From a virus: 64,000 nucleotides of DNA. The stretch lies in the IMG/VR virus record IMGVR_UViG_3300045988_168866, one strand, 5' to 3'. The first letter of the stretch is position 1. Every line of letters starts with the position of its first letter. A program made the position numbers and the translations under genes. This document shows positions 52,986 to 61,688 of the stretch, in pieces. The notes below the pieces were generated by a model that saw nothing but the letters and a program-made list of their open reading frames with translations, ran no database searches and was not told where the DNA came from.

Positions 52986-53018
52986 GATTATAATTTGTCA
53001 AATTGACAAATTATAATC
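52986..53018. repeat. 33-bp perfect palindrome (16-bp arms)
   Basis: 'gattataatttgtcaa a ttgacaaattataatc'. Confidence 0.9.
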
Positions 53019-53043
53019 CTCCAGTTGGAGAATCCAACTGGAG
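53019..53043. repeat. hairpin palindrome (11-bp arms, 3-nt loop)
   Basis: 'ctccagttgga gaa tccaactggag'. Confidence 0.9.
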
Positions 53044-53068
53044 ATAGTTATATTCTATAAGAATCATT

Positions 53069-53101
53069 GATAAATTTCTAGATGAATCTAGAAGATTTAT
53101 C
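53069..53101. repeat. hairpin palindrome (14-bp arms with 1 bulge, 4-nt loop)
   Basis: 'gataaatttctaga tgaa tctagaagatttatc'. Confidence 0.8.
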
Positions 53102-53181
53102 TTCTTAGTATGAATTAGTGTAATTAATTGTTAAATCCTAGAAATTAAAAGTTAAAGTTTATAAATTGAATAATATGACTA

Positions 53182-54639
53182 TTATTTAAGTTTTACTGTT
53201 ATTACCTTTAACTTTTGTTTCTGATAGTATATTTTCCTATGATTACCATGTCTTTTCAAATATTTACCTGGAAATATAAAATCATCAAGATAGGTTTTAT
53301 TTTTACCCTCAAATTTTCTAACTAATCTTCCTAGAATTTGAATTGATTTTTCATGTGAATCCATTGAAGCAATATTTTGTAAATATCTTAATTGTGGGAA
53401 ATTCTTTCCTCTAGATATGATAGTTGTTACAATTAAAATATCTAATTTTCCTTCCCTTAAATCAGAGAATATTTTTTCTCTATTTTTAATTTCATGATGT
53501 GCATAATTAATTTTCCAACCATAATTTTTTTCCTGATTTATCCTGCAACAATATTTATATAATTCTTCACAATGTTTAATATATTTGGTTACAATAACCA
53601 TTGGAAATCTATTATATTTAGCATTATATTCAATTCTAGAGATAGATTTTTTATATGATTCAATATTATTAATAATAATTTGGTTATATTCTTCTTGGTA
53701 ATCCCATTCAGGTTCTATTTTAATTTTAAAATTGGTACAATCAATCATTTTTACAATAACAGGAGTTGCTCTACCTGATTTTATTTGATCTGATAAATTT
53801 ACTTGGTCAACCCTATTACCTATAAATGACATTATATTCATGTTATGAACAATATATTTTTTAGCTTTATTTAGATAAATGGTTCCACTTAACCCTATTC
53901 TTATTTGAGTATTATATAAATGTTCAATGACAACTTTATAAGTTTTATTATCTATAATATCAGCTTCATCTATTAATACAATACCAATTTTGGATAATTC
54001 CATTTGGTACTTCCTGATATTCCTAGAGATTGATTGAACCATTGCCACATTAAAATTACCCCATCTATTAACTTTAGATCCTTGAATAAATACAATATCT
54101 TCATTTGGTAATAAAGGTGGTATTTCTCTTTTGAATTGATTAAAAAGGTCTGAATCATTCAACAATAAAATTGTTGGTATTTTTCTTTTATAAGCTTCAT
54201 GTATAGCACAAAATAAAAGGCTTTTTCCAAATCCAACTGCATAATCACCAACACAAATTCTAAATGGAGTATCTAATATTTTATAATTTAATAACTTGTC
54301 TAGAGCTTTTCTTTGTATTGGAAATAAAGTTTTATCACCTAATACCTTTGGAATTACTGGATTAATTTTTAATGGTGGTCTTTCATCTATGATTTTAATA
54401 TTATTAATACCATAACTTTTTAAAGTTTCAACTACTTTCGGTAATAAACCAATTTTAAAAAATCCTCTCTCATTTATATATTTGATATAACCATCCCATC
54501 TATTCTTACCTCTCTGACGCATAAGTATATGCCAAGCATCTGGATGTTTAATTCTAAAATCATTATATAATTTAGTTAAGATTTTTAATGGTCCTTCTAC
54601 TTGACATTGGTTGCTGTTTTTTATAAAAATGTTTATCAT
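53182..54639 (-). CDS. superfamily 2 DEAD-box-type DNA helicase (UvsW-like)
   Basis: Motif I 'GFGKS', motif II 'LIDEAD', motif III 'SGT', motif VI-like 'ISRGKNFPQL'. Confidence 0.75.
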   Translation of the reverse strand: MINIFIKNSNQCQVEGPLKILTKLYNDFRIKHPDAWHILMRQRGKNRWDGYIKYINERGFFKIGLLPKVVETLKSYGINNIKIIDERPPLKINPVIPKVLGDKTLFPIQRKALDKLLNYKILDTPFRICVGDYAVGFGKSLLFCAIHEAYKRKIPTILLLNDSDLFNQFKREIPPLLPNEDIVFIQGSKVNRWGNFNVAMVQSISRNIRKYQMELSKIGIVLIDEADIIDNKTYKVVIEHLYNTQIRIGLSGTIYLNKAKKYIVHNMNIMSFIGNRVDQVNLSDQIKSGRATPVIVKMIDCTNFKIKIEPEWDYQEEYNQIIINNIESYKKSISRIEYNAKYNRFPMVIVTKYIKHCEELYKYCCRINQEKNYGWKINYAHHEIKNREKIFSDLREGKLDILIVTTIISRGKNFPQLRYLQNIASMDSHEKSIQILGRLVRKFEGKNKTYLDDFIFPGKYLKRHGNHRKIYYQKQKLKVITVKLK

Positions 54640-54645
54640 ACTGAA

Positions 54646-55488
54646 TTATTTTTTAAATGAATCCCAAATACTGTTATTAAATGAAGTTTCATTTTTGGGA
54701 TGTAATATTAAACCATTTTTTGATATATATTGTGTTAATCTCTGTTGTGCTTTTTCATTTTTAAGATCTTCAATTTTTGGTATACCATTACAAAAAGCTA
54801 AAGCATCAAATTGAGCATCAATAAATGTTTTATGGTCAACACCCAAATCATCTGCCATTTTTCTTGCCCATAAGAAATTAACATATTCTGTTGGATTATT
54901 TATATAATTATTGGTAATACCAGTCATTTCTAGAATCTTATTTATATAAATATTATATATTTCCCTAGTTTCTTGTGGATATTCATCTTCTGATAATAAT
55001 ATTTCAGCTTCATAATATCTTAATATAACATCTGCATATTTTAATATCCATGACGCACAATAATTAAAATTAGGTCTTCTAGATTTAGACATTAAATTTA
55101 AACCTATTTCTACAAATTTTATATATCCATCACGTTTAGTTAATTTAAATGTATCACAGAATAAATTAACTGTAGGTACTAATTCTTTAATTTGTACCCA
55201 TTGTGGGTCACTTTGTTTTATTTTAGTAATACCTATATGTTTTAATTTAATCCTGACAGAATATATAATATCTGCTAATAAGTTTGCATCACCTAATGTG
55301 GATTTAGTTCTTCTATTAGCTGATTTAGTTATACTTGCCTTATCATTTAACACAGAACGATGGTCAAGAGTAAATTCTCTTGCCATCGTAAAAATTTTAT
55401 TAATATTTTCAGGTGAAATTTTTATACCCAATTTATCAATGATACCTATAAAGGTTTTTTTATATATATGAATACCAGGTTCTCTCAT
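54646..55488 (-). CDS. hypothetical replication-module protein
   Basis: 280-aa ORF between helicase and primase genes; no motif recognised. Confidence 0.45.
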   Translation of the reverse strand: MREPGIHIYKKTFIGIIDKLGIKISPENINKIFTMAREFTLDHRSVLNDKASITKSANRRTKSTLGDANLLADIIYSVRIKLKHIGITKIKQSDPQWVQIKELVPTVNLFCDTFKLTKRDGYIKFVEIGLNLMSKSRRPNFNYCASWILKYADVILRYYEAEILLSEDEYPQETREIYNIYINKILEMTGITNNYINNPTEYVNFLWARKMADDLGVDHKTFIDAQFDALAFCNGIPKIEDLKNEKAQQRLTQYISKNGLILHPKNETSFNNSIWDSFKK

Positions 55489-55579
55489 AATTATTAACTA
55501 CACAGGACTAAAGTTAATATCAATAATACTAATGTTATAATTAAGGTATCTAATAACCTTTCTTTTAAATCCTTCATAA

Positions 55580-56032
55580 TCAAATTGAGTTTAGAAAAAA
55601 CTTAACGATATTCATTATATCTAATTTATCTTTATCTCTATTGTATGATTTTTTAGCTTTTAATATTTCAGGTATCTTAATTATTGGGTGTTCTTTATAG
55701 AAAATTTTTGGAATAGATTCCAAATCTGGGTCACTAATAAAAAAATCTATTTTTATTGGTTTATTTGAATTATTAATATAATTAATGCTAATAAGTGATT
55801 TAGTTGGGTAATTATTATTTGAAGTAATTGTTGATATACTGTCCAATAAGGATAAAGTTTCTTTTGTTGGGTTATATAATATGATATCTATATCTTTTAC
55901 AGTATCCCAGGGTCGTATACCCAAAATTGCAAAAACTGATGAACCAGTTATACTATAACTTAAATTTGTCTGTTTTGTTTTTAAATTTCTAATTACTAAG
56001 TTTACGGCTGATAAAAATTCTACTTCTTCCAT
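55580..56032 (-). CDS. minimal nucleotidyltransferase-fold protein
   Basis: 'ITGSSVFAILGIRPWDTVKDIDIILY' fits the Pol-beta-type NTase G(S/G)...(10-15)..D.D pattern; 150 aa. Confidence 0.4.
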   Translation of the reverse strand: MEEVEFLSAVNLVIRNLKTKQTNLSYSITGSSVFAILGIRPWDTVKDIDIILYNPTKETLSLLDSISTITSNNNYPTKSLISINYINNSNKPIKIDFFISDPDLESIPKIFYKEHPIIKIPEILKAKKSYNRDKDKLDIMNIVKFFLNSI

Positions 56033-56044
56033 GATTTCTTAATT

Positions 56045-56998
56045 TTATAAGTTTAGTTTTAATTTCAATAGTTCACTATAATCTTGATAATGTACTGAAT
56101 ATACATATTTCATAGTTTTCTTTTTACCCAAATCATTAACATCTTTACCTTCTGGTAAAAATATTACTTTAACTTTTTTAAAATTAACCAATTTTAAAGC
56201 TAAATCCAAAGCTCTATCTTTAGCATCTGGGTCAAATAATATTATTACTCTCTCTACTGGTGATTTAATAATCTCATTAATTTGATATCTTGAAATAGCT
56301 TTACCTCCAGAAGCTATACCCCTTTCACCTATAGTTTCAGCATTAATAGCTCCCTCACATATGTATATTGTTTTATACATATACAGAGCATCTTTATTAT
56401 ATATAATAAAAGATTTACCCAAACCTGATTCTGAAATTTCTGGATTATTATATCTTGGGCCAGCACCCATAAATAATCTAGCATTAAAATATACTAATTT
56501 ACCATTTTCATGAAATGGTATTATTATATATCCAAAATATTTACCCTTAGTTCCATAACCCCAACCTGACATAGCTATTTTATTTAAATCAAATCCCCTT
56601 TTTTTAATATAATTTCTTGCTGCTTTAGCTAAATTAGAATTACCAATAAGAATAGATTTAAATCCTTCAGGAAGATATATATTTTTCTTTTCCTTTAATT
56701 CTACTTTCTCTTCCTTAAATATATACCCTTCAAATTTAGTATTATTATTAATAAAGGTATATGCTTCATGAAAAGTACTAAAATTTTCTAGGTATATAAC
56801 TAATTCTATTGGGGATGGATGTTCACCACATCTAAAACAATTAGTTCTATTAAGGGATAAATTTATACCAAATTTACCTTCTCTACCACAGTATGGGCAA
56901 GTACATTTCATCCAGCCATGCCTATAATCATAGGCACCCAATTTCTGGTTAAAATAACCTTTTAATTTACCCTTGAAATAATTATTTAAAATTGACAT
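56045..56998 (-). CDS. DNA primase (zinc ribbon + TOPRIM)
   Basis: 'CTCPYCGREGKFGINLSLNRTNCFRCGEH' zinc ribbon; TOPRIM 'IYICEGAINAETI' and 'ILFDPDAKD'. Confidence 0.8.
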   Translation of the reverse strand: MSILNNYFKGKLKGYFNQKLGAYDYRHGWMKCTCPYCGREGKFGINLSLNRTNCFRCGEHPSPIELVIYLENFSTFHEAYTFINNNTKFEGYIFKEEKVELKEKKNIYLPEGFKSILIGNSNLAKAARNYIKKRGFDLNKIAMSGWGYGTKGKYFGYIIIPFHENGKLVYFNARLFMGAGPRYNNPEISESGLGKSFIIYNKDALYMYKTIYICEGAINAETIGERGIASGGKAISRYQINEIIKSPVERVIILFDPDAKDRALDLALKLVNFKKVKVIFLPEGKDVNDLGKKKTMKYVYSVHYQDYSELLKLKLNL

Positions 56999-57000
56999 AT

Positions 57001-58482
57001 TTAAATATCTCCACCTTTTAAATTAGCTTTATCCTTATTTGCTACTGGATTTATTTTCTTTTGTGGTATGCTTTTTTTAATTAGTGAATCAACTACTTTA
57101 CCTTGTGTATTATCATAAGTTTGTCTTGCTTCTTTACTAAATTCTTTCCATCTTTGTCTATCTAAATCAACATTAAATAAACATCTCCCATGTGGTTTAC
57201 CATCCCTTTGAACTACAACTTCCAATCTTTGTATATTATGTTCATCTTCTTCATCAGTAGAATTTAAACCCAATATACATTGAGCATTTCTTATAATAGA
57301 AATAGATGAAGCTATATCATTATCTTCATATCTAGAAGATTTATGTTTAGCACCTTCTCTGGTAATATGTTGTGCTGTCCAAATAGCATCTAAACCTAAT
57401 TCACTACCCAAATTATCTAAATCAATATATACACCATTTATTCTTTCTGTATCCTCTTTATGTTTAGCTATTGAAGCTAATTTAGCTGCATAATCTATTA
57501 CTAATACATTTATTTTTAAATCTAATTCTGATTCAACTTTATTTATTATATTTTTAATGGTATTACAATCTGATACTAATGCTGGTACTCTTTCAACTAT
57601 GAATTCAACTTTTAATCTTTTATATTTTCTCATATGTCTTTGTTCAATCTTATCATATTCTCCAGATAATAAATCCAGTTTAGTTTTATTTAATGTAGAT
57701 TGGATCATACGTTCCATAATATTATTTTTACCATTCTCAGTATCAATATATAATACATTTTTCTTCATTGAAAGATAACCTCTGGATATATTTATTAAAC
57801 CAAATGTTTTCCTTGCTTTGGGTCTATCTAAAAGCACAAAAATACTATTTTTGGGGTAACCATTAGCATTTGATAATGCATTTAGTTGCCAATATGGTGT
57901 AGGTATAATATTTGGACTTATCTTTCTCATTAATTGTCTTCTAGTAACACCTTTTACCATTAAAAGTGGTTCTTCATCATCTTTTTGTGGTTTAGAGTTT
58001 TTAATTATGTTTGAAACTTTAGATTGATAATCTTCATATAGATTGAAATTAGAAAAATCCATTGACTCATTTAGAGATTTCATTTCTATATAAGCAATGA
58101 ATTTATAAATGTTTTCTTGTATTATATCTTCGTCTTTTAATGATACAGAATATAAATTATCAATAATTTTATTAATATTAGGTAAGTCATCTTTGGTAAC
58201 TAAATCAATATAATTTTTACTTTCTAGAAGATTTTTACAACTTTCTACTAATAATGGTTTACTGGGAATTTTGGAATACTTCTTAACAAATTTATTAATA
58301 GATTCCATTATAAGAGAATGTTCAATCAATGTAAAATATGAAGATTTGATTTTTGAACAAATAATTAGTGATTCTTTGCTTTGTATTAAAAACCTTAATA
58401 CTTCTAATTGAAAATCTAATGAGAAAGTAAATTTCTCTCCTGATTTTAGTAATTTCCCAAATTTATGATTTGCTGTTACCAT
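57001..58482 (-). CDS. DnaB-like replicative DNA helicase
   Basis: Variant P-loop 'DRPKARKT' (compare RP.MGKT), Walker B 'VLVIDYAAKL', 'WTAQHITREG'; directly upstream of the primase with a 2-nt gap. Confidence 0.7.
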   Translation of the reverse strand: MVTANHKFGKLLKSGEKFTFSLDFQLEVLRFLIQSKESLIICSKIKSSYFTLIEHSLIMESINKFVKKYSKIPSKPLLVESCKNLLESKNYIDLVTKDDLPNINKIIDNLYSVSLKDEDIIQENIYKFIAYIEMKSLNESMDFSNFNLYEDYQSKVSNIIKNSKPQKDDEEPLLMVKGVTRRQLMRKISPNIIPTPYWQLNALSNANGYPKNSIFVLLDRPKARKTFGLINISRGYLSMKKNVLYIDTENGKNNIMERMIQSTLNKTKLDLLSGEYDKIEQRHMRKYKRLKVEFIVERVPALVSDCNTIKNIINKVESELDLKINVLVIDYAAKLASIAKHKEDTERINGVYIDLDNLGSELGLDAIWTAQHITREGAKHKSSRYEDNDIASSISIIRNAQCILGLNSTDEEDEHNIQRLEVVVQRDGKPHGRCLFNVDLDRQRWKEFSKEARQTYDNTQGKVVDSLIKKSIPQKKINPVANKDKANLKGGDI

Positions 58483-58623
58483 AATACGTGTATATTAATT
58501 ATATCTATTACATGAGTATAAAAGTATCTTTAGTTTTTACTTATTTCTTAGGAATAGCTGGACTTTTTAACACTGTTGGTGAAAAATTTCACTATATAGC
58601 TTACAACATATAAATTTATATAT

Positions 58624-58631
58624 TATATTTG
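58624..58631 (+). promoter_or_regulatory. TAnnTTTG (-7 type) box
   Basis: The + strand reads TATATTTG, 27 nt upstream of the ATG at 58659. Confidence 0.5.
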
Positions 58632-58658
58632 TCTTATTAAAAAATAAATATAATTATT

Positions 58659-59318
58659 ATGTCACTATCCAAAGGATTAAATGGTTCTGAAATTCATAGA
58701 TTAAAAGAATTTACCCACTATGATAGAGAAAGATTTGAAAGATTCTATAAATTATGCAAACCATTAATTAGGAATCTTTCTAGAAATGTAGATACAAAAA
58801 GATTTAATGTTAGTCCAGATATAATACAAAGTTACTTCTGGGATAAATTTTTACATGTATACAATAAATACCAAGATATGTATGAAGATGAAAGATTAAA
58901 AGCTACTTTATTATCTTCTTTACAGGTATTTAAAAAGAAATTATTAAGAAATGCTTACACTAAACAAGCTGAATTTAATCAAGAACTTACTTCATTTGAA
59001 GTATTATATGATAATAATAAGGAAGCATTAGATAATATAAACATAGAAGAAATTGAATATAGAAATGAAAAATCAGAAAAATTACACCAATTCATGAAAA
59101 ATCATCTTACTCCTGATGAATATCTTTTATTTAGAACAGAATTAGATCCACCACCATTTCTTGAAACCAGGATAAGAGAATCCAGAGGAAAATTATCGGT
59201 ATTTCATATCATAGAATTCTTTGAATTACCCAAGAATAAAAAATCATATGATATTATCACAGAGATGAGAAAACATATAAATGGAGCTATTGAATTAGCA
59301 AAAGAAGAATTTAAATAA
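58659..59318 (+). CDS. sigma-70-family-like transcription factor (tentative)
   Basis: 'FERFYKLCKPLIRNLSRNV...SPDIIQSYFWDKFLHVYNKY' resembles sigma region 2; C-terminal 'LTPDEYLLFRTEL' resembles region 4. A lone + strand gene at the replication/late-module boundary, with a TAnnTTTG box 27 nt upstream. Confidence 0.35.
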   Translation: MSLSKGLNGSEIHRLKEFTHYDRERFERFYKLCKPLIRNLSRNVDTKRFNVSPDIIQSYFWDKFLHVYNKYQDMYEDERLKATLLSSLQVFKKKLLRNAYTKQAEFNQELTSFEVLYDNNKEALDNINIEEIEYRNEKSEKLHQFMKNHLTPDEYLLFRTELDPPPFLETRIRESRGKLSVFHIIEFFELPKNKKSYDIITEMRKHINGAIELAKEEFK

Positions 59319-59326
59319 GCACAAAA

Positions 59327-59369
59327 AACCCACTAAGAAATTACCAATTACGATAAATCTTAGTGGGTT
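59327..59369. terminator. hairpin between convergent genes
   Basis: 11-bp stem 'aacccactaag'/'cttagtgggtt' with a 21-nt loop. Confidence 0.5.
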
Positions 59370-59396
59370 GGGCTAACCTAACTCAACTATGGTTAA

Positions 59397-60011
59397 TCAA
59401 AGATTAGAAAAATTATCATTTATGTAATTTATGGATTTAACTAGAGAATCAATTAACTTATTATTAATAATTTCATCATTTAATAATTTTACATCTTCTT
59501 TGTTATCCTGAAATAACCATTCTAATAAAATACCATAATAATTACCCATTAATACAGTAAAGTTTTCTTCCTTGTCTAAATCACCATCAGTTAAATCAAC
59601 TCTATGTTTAAAGCCATTAGATTCTGGAAAATCTTTTTGTAAATTTGACATTATTACTTGAGCAAACTTATCTGATAAAGTTTGACCTTTTGATGTAAAT
59701 ATTTCGAATCCAGTAGCATTAGTCCAATTACTACCATTTCCAGCAGCATTATTATGTAAACTGATTAAAAATTTTACTTGGTCAGAATCTATCTTTATAT
59801 TATTAGCAATATTTTTTCTTTGTGATAAACCAATTTCATTTTCAGTTTTATTGGTATATTCTACCCTATAACCTAATGATTCTAACTTGTCTCTTAATTT
59901 ACCACAAATTAGTCTACTCCATTTATATTCTCTGTGTGTACCATCTGGAGAACATTTACCTTTAACATCTGCCCCATGGGCACAATCTAATATAATTACT
60001 AATTTCTTCAT
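59397..60011 (-). CDS. N-acetylmuramoyl-L-alanine amidase (endolysin)
   Basis: Amidase_3-like motifs 'ILDCAHGADVKGK', 'ISLHNNAAG', 'TVLMGNYYGILLEWLFQDN'. Confidence 0.75.
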   Translation of the reverse strand: MKKLVIILDCAHGADVKGKCSPDGTHREYKWSRLICGKLRDKLESLGYRVEYTNKTENEIGLSQRKNIANNIKIDSDQVKFLISLHNNAAGNGSNWTNATGFEIFTSKGQTLSDKFAQVIMSNLQKDFPESNGFKHRVDLTDGDLDKEENFTVLMGNYYGILLEWLFQDNKEDVKLLNDEIINNKLIDSLVKSINYINDNFSNL

Positions 60012-60637
60012 AAGTTCTTGATGTAAATTAATTTTATACCATTGATTAAAATATCAGTTGATTGGTCCATATTAGATATGGAAAAATTTTCTTTAGATAT
60101 ATAAATCTGTTCTAACATGAATTCTTTTATAACATCTTCATCTTCATCATTTAAGATTTCACATAATGGTTTTTCATCGCATATAAAATTAGAAAAGAAT
60201 GAATTTATCTCTGAGAATTCATTTTTAATCATTCTAGAAACTTTGTTACAAACCATTTCTTTATTATCTATATGATTTTCTAACCTAATTCTTAGAATCG
60301 CATATTTAATTGATTGACTTAAACCATTAAAGCTTCTTCTTATAATAACTTGACCCTGAGAAGTACCAATAGTTCTATCTGATACACCTTCAAAATATTC
60401 CTGAGTTTTAGTAGCTGCTGTATGTATGATATCTACCTTTTTTGTGAGTACAAATATTTGATATACAAATAATAATACTATCACAATCATAAAAATCATG
60501 AATACAGAGAATACCATTTTTAATGCACCATAATTGGCAGTAGCTTCTGCTAGTTTAACTGATGATTCAGTTATTTGGCCTACAGCTTTATTTAGACCAT
60601 CTGAGTTGAGGGTTTGCAATAATAAATATAAAATCAT
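60008..60637 (-). CDS. membrane protein, possible holin or lysis accessory
   Basis: 209 aa with one long hydrophobic segment (MVFSVFMIFMIVIVLLFVYQIFVL); 4-nt overlap with the endolysin gene. Confidence 0.3.
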   Translation of the reverse strand: MILYLLLQTLNSDGLNKAVGQITESSVKLAEATANYGALKMVFSVFMIFMIVIVLLFVYQIFVLTKKVDIIHTAATKTQEYFEGVSDRTIGTSQGQVIIRRSFNGLSQSIKYAILRIRLENHIDNKEMVCNKVSRMIKNEFSEINSFFSNFICDEKPLCEILNDEDEDVIKEFMLEQIYISKENFSISNMDQSTDILINGIKLIYIKNL

Positions 60638-60656
60638 AATAATTCATTAAAAAAGT

Positions 60657-61688
60657 TTAATTTTCAGGAATATTTCCACCAGATTGTGGTAAAGTTATAT
60701 CAGCTTTAGTATTAATTTGTGGTATACTAGCAGGTTCTATTGGTATTATAGTTGTATAATATGGATTATTACCATAATCATCTGGAGTATGTGTATCTGG
60801 TATTTCTATTTCAGTAGGATTACCATCTTCATCTAAATGAAATTGTACATGTACTGGTAAATATTTATTTATTAATTTATAGAAAGCTAGTTTTACTTGT
60901 TCTAATTTATCAGTATCATATATGGGTAAACCCTCATCATCATCATAACCCTTGATAAATAATTTTTCATACATACCTTCTGGTATTATTACTTTTAATT
61001 TAATAAAGGTACATGATTCACAGAAACCTTGTCTAAATCCACCACATACATCTTCTCCAGAATCCTGAAAATATCTTGCTACATCATCCTCAGAATCTGA
61101 ATCTCTATATGTAGCTACTACTATATTATCTTCCAATGAAGAAGATAATATCTGTTCACTTAATGGTACAGATTTTATTCTTCTTGATAATAATCTTGTT
61201 TCTGGATTATCTTGTTGGGTTTGATCATCACTTAAAGATAATTCAAATTTTACACCATAGAATCTGCCAAGAATATTATAAAAATCATCAGTACATCTTA
61301 TTTTATAAAGAGCTATGGCATATTTTAAAATATTTCTAGTATTAGCTTTTGGAAAACCCTCAGAAGAATTAAACCAAATTTCAGCATTTTCTTTTGTATA
61401 AGGAGTATTATCTGTTAATACTCCATAAGCATAAGGTATATAATCGAAATATTCCCAGAAATAATTTAAGAATATATCTGGAGTTTTATCTATATCCAGA
61501 ATATCCATGAAATTGTCTATATCTGGTATTACTTCTTTATCTAAGTATTCTGAACATACATCTATAAATCTTTCCAGGATACCTTTTCCCTTATCATCAC
61601 CCTCTAATACTTTATAAGTATCATATTGCTTATAATAATAAGGAAACATATGCTTAAATACATAATCCTTAAATTTAAACTGTTTCAT
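60657..61688 (-). CDS. baseplate/tail protein (P2 gpI-like position)
   Basis: 343-aa ORF overlapping the end of the J-like gene by 14 nt; position-based. Confidence 0.4.
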   Translation of the reverse strand: MKQFKFKDYVFKHMFPYYYKQYDTYKVLEGDDKGKGILERFIDVCSEYLDKEVIPDIDNFMDILDIDKTPDIFLNYFWEYFDYIPYAYGVLTDNTPYTKENAEIWFNSSEGFPKANTRNILKYAIALYKIRCTDDFYNILGRFYGVKFELSLSDDQTQQDNPETRLLSRRIKSVPLSEQILSSSLEDNIVVATYRDSDSEDDVARYFQDSGEDVCGGFRQGFCESCTFIKLKVIIPEGMYEKLFIKGYDDDEGLPIYDTDKLEQVKLAFYKLINKYLPVHVQFHLDEDGNPTEIEIPDTHTPDDYGNNPYYTTIIPIEPASIPQINTKADITLPQSGGNIPEN

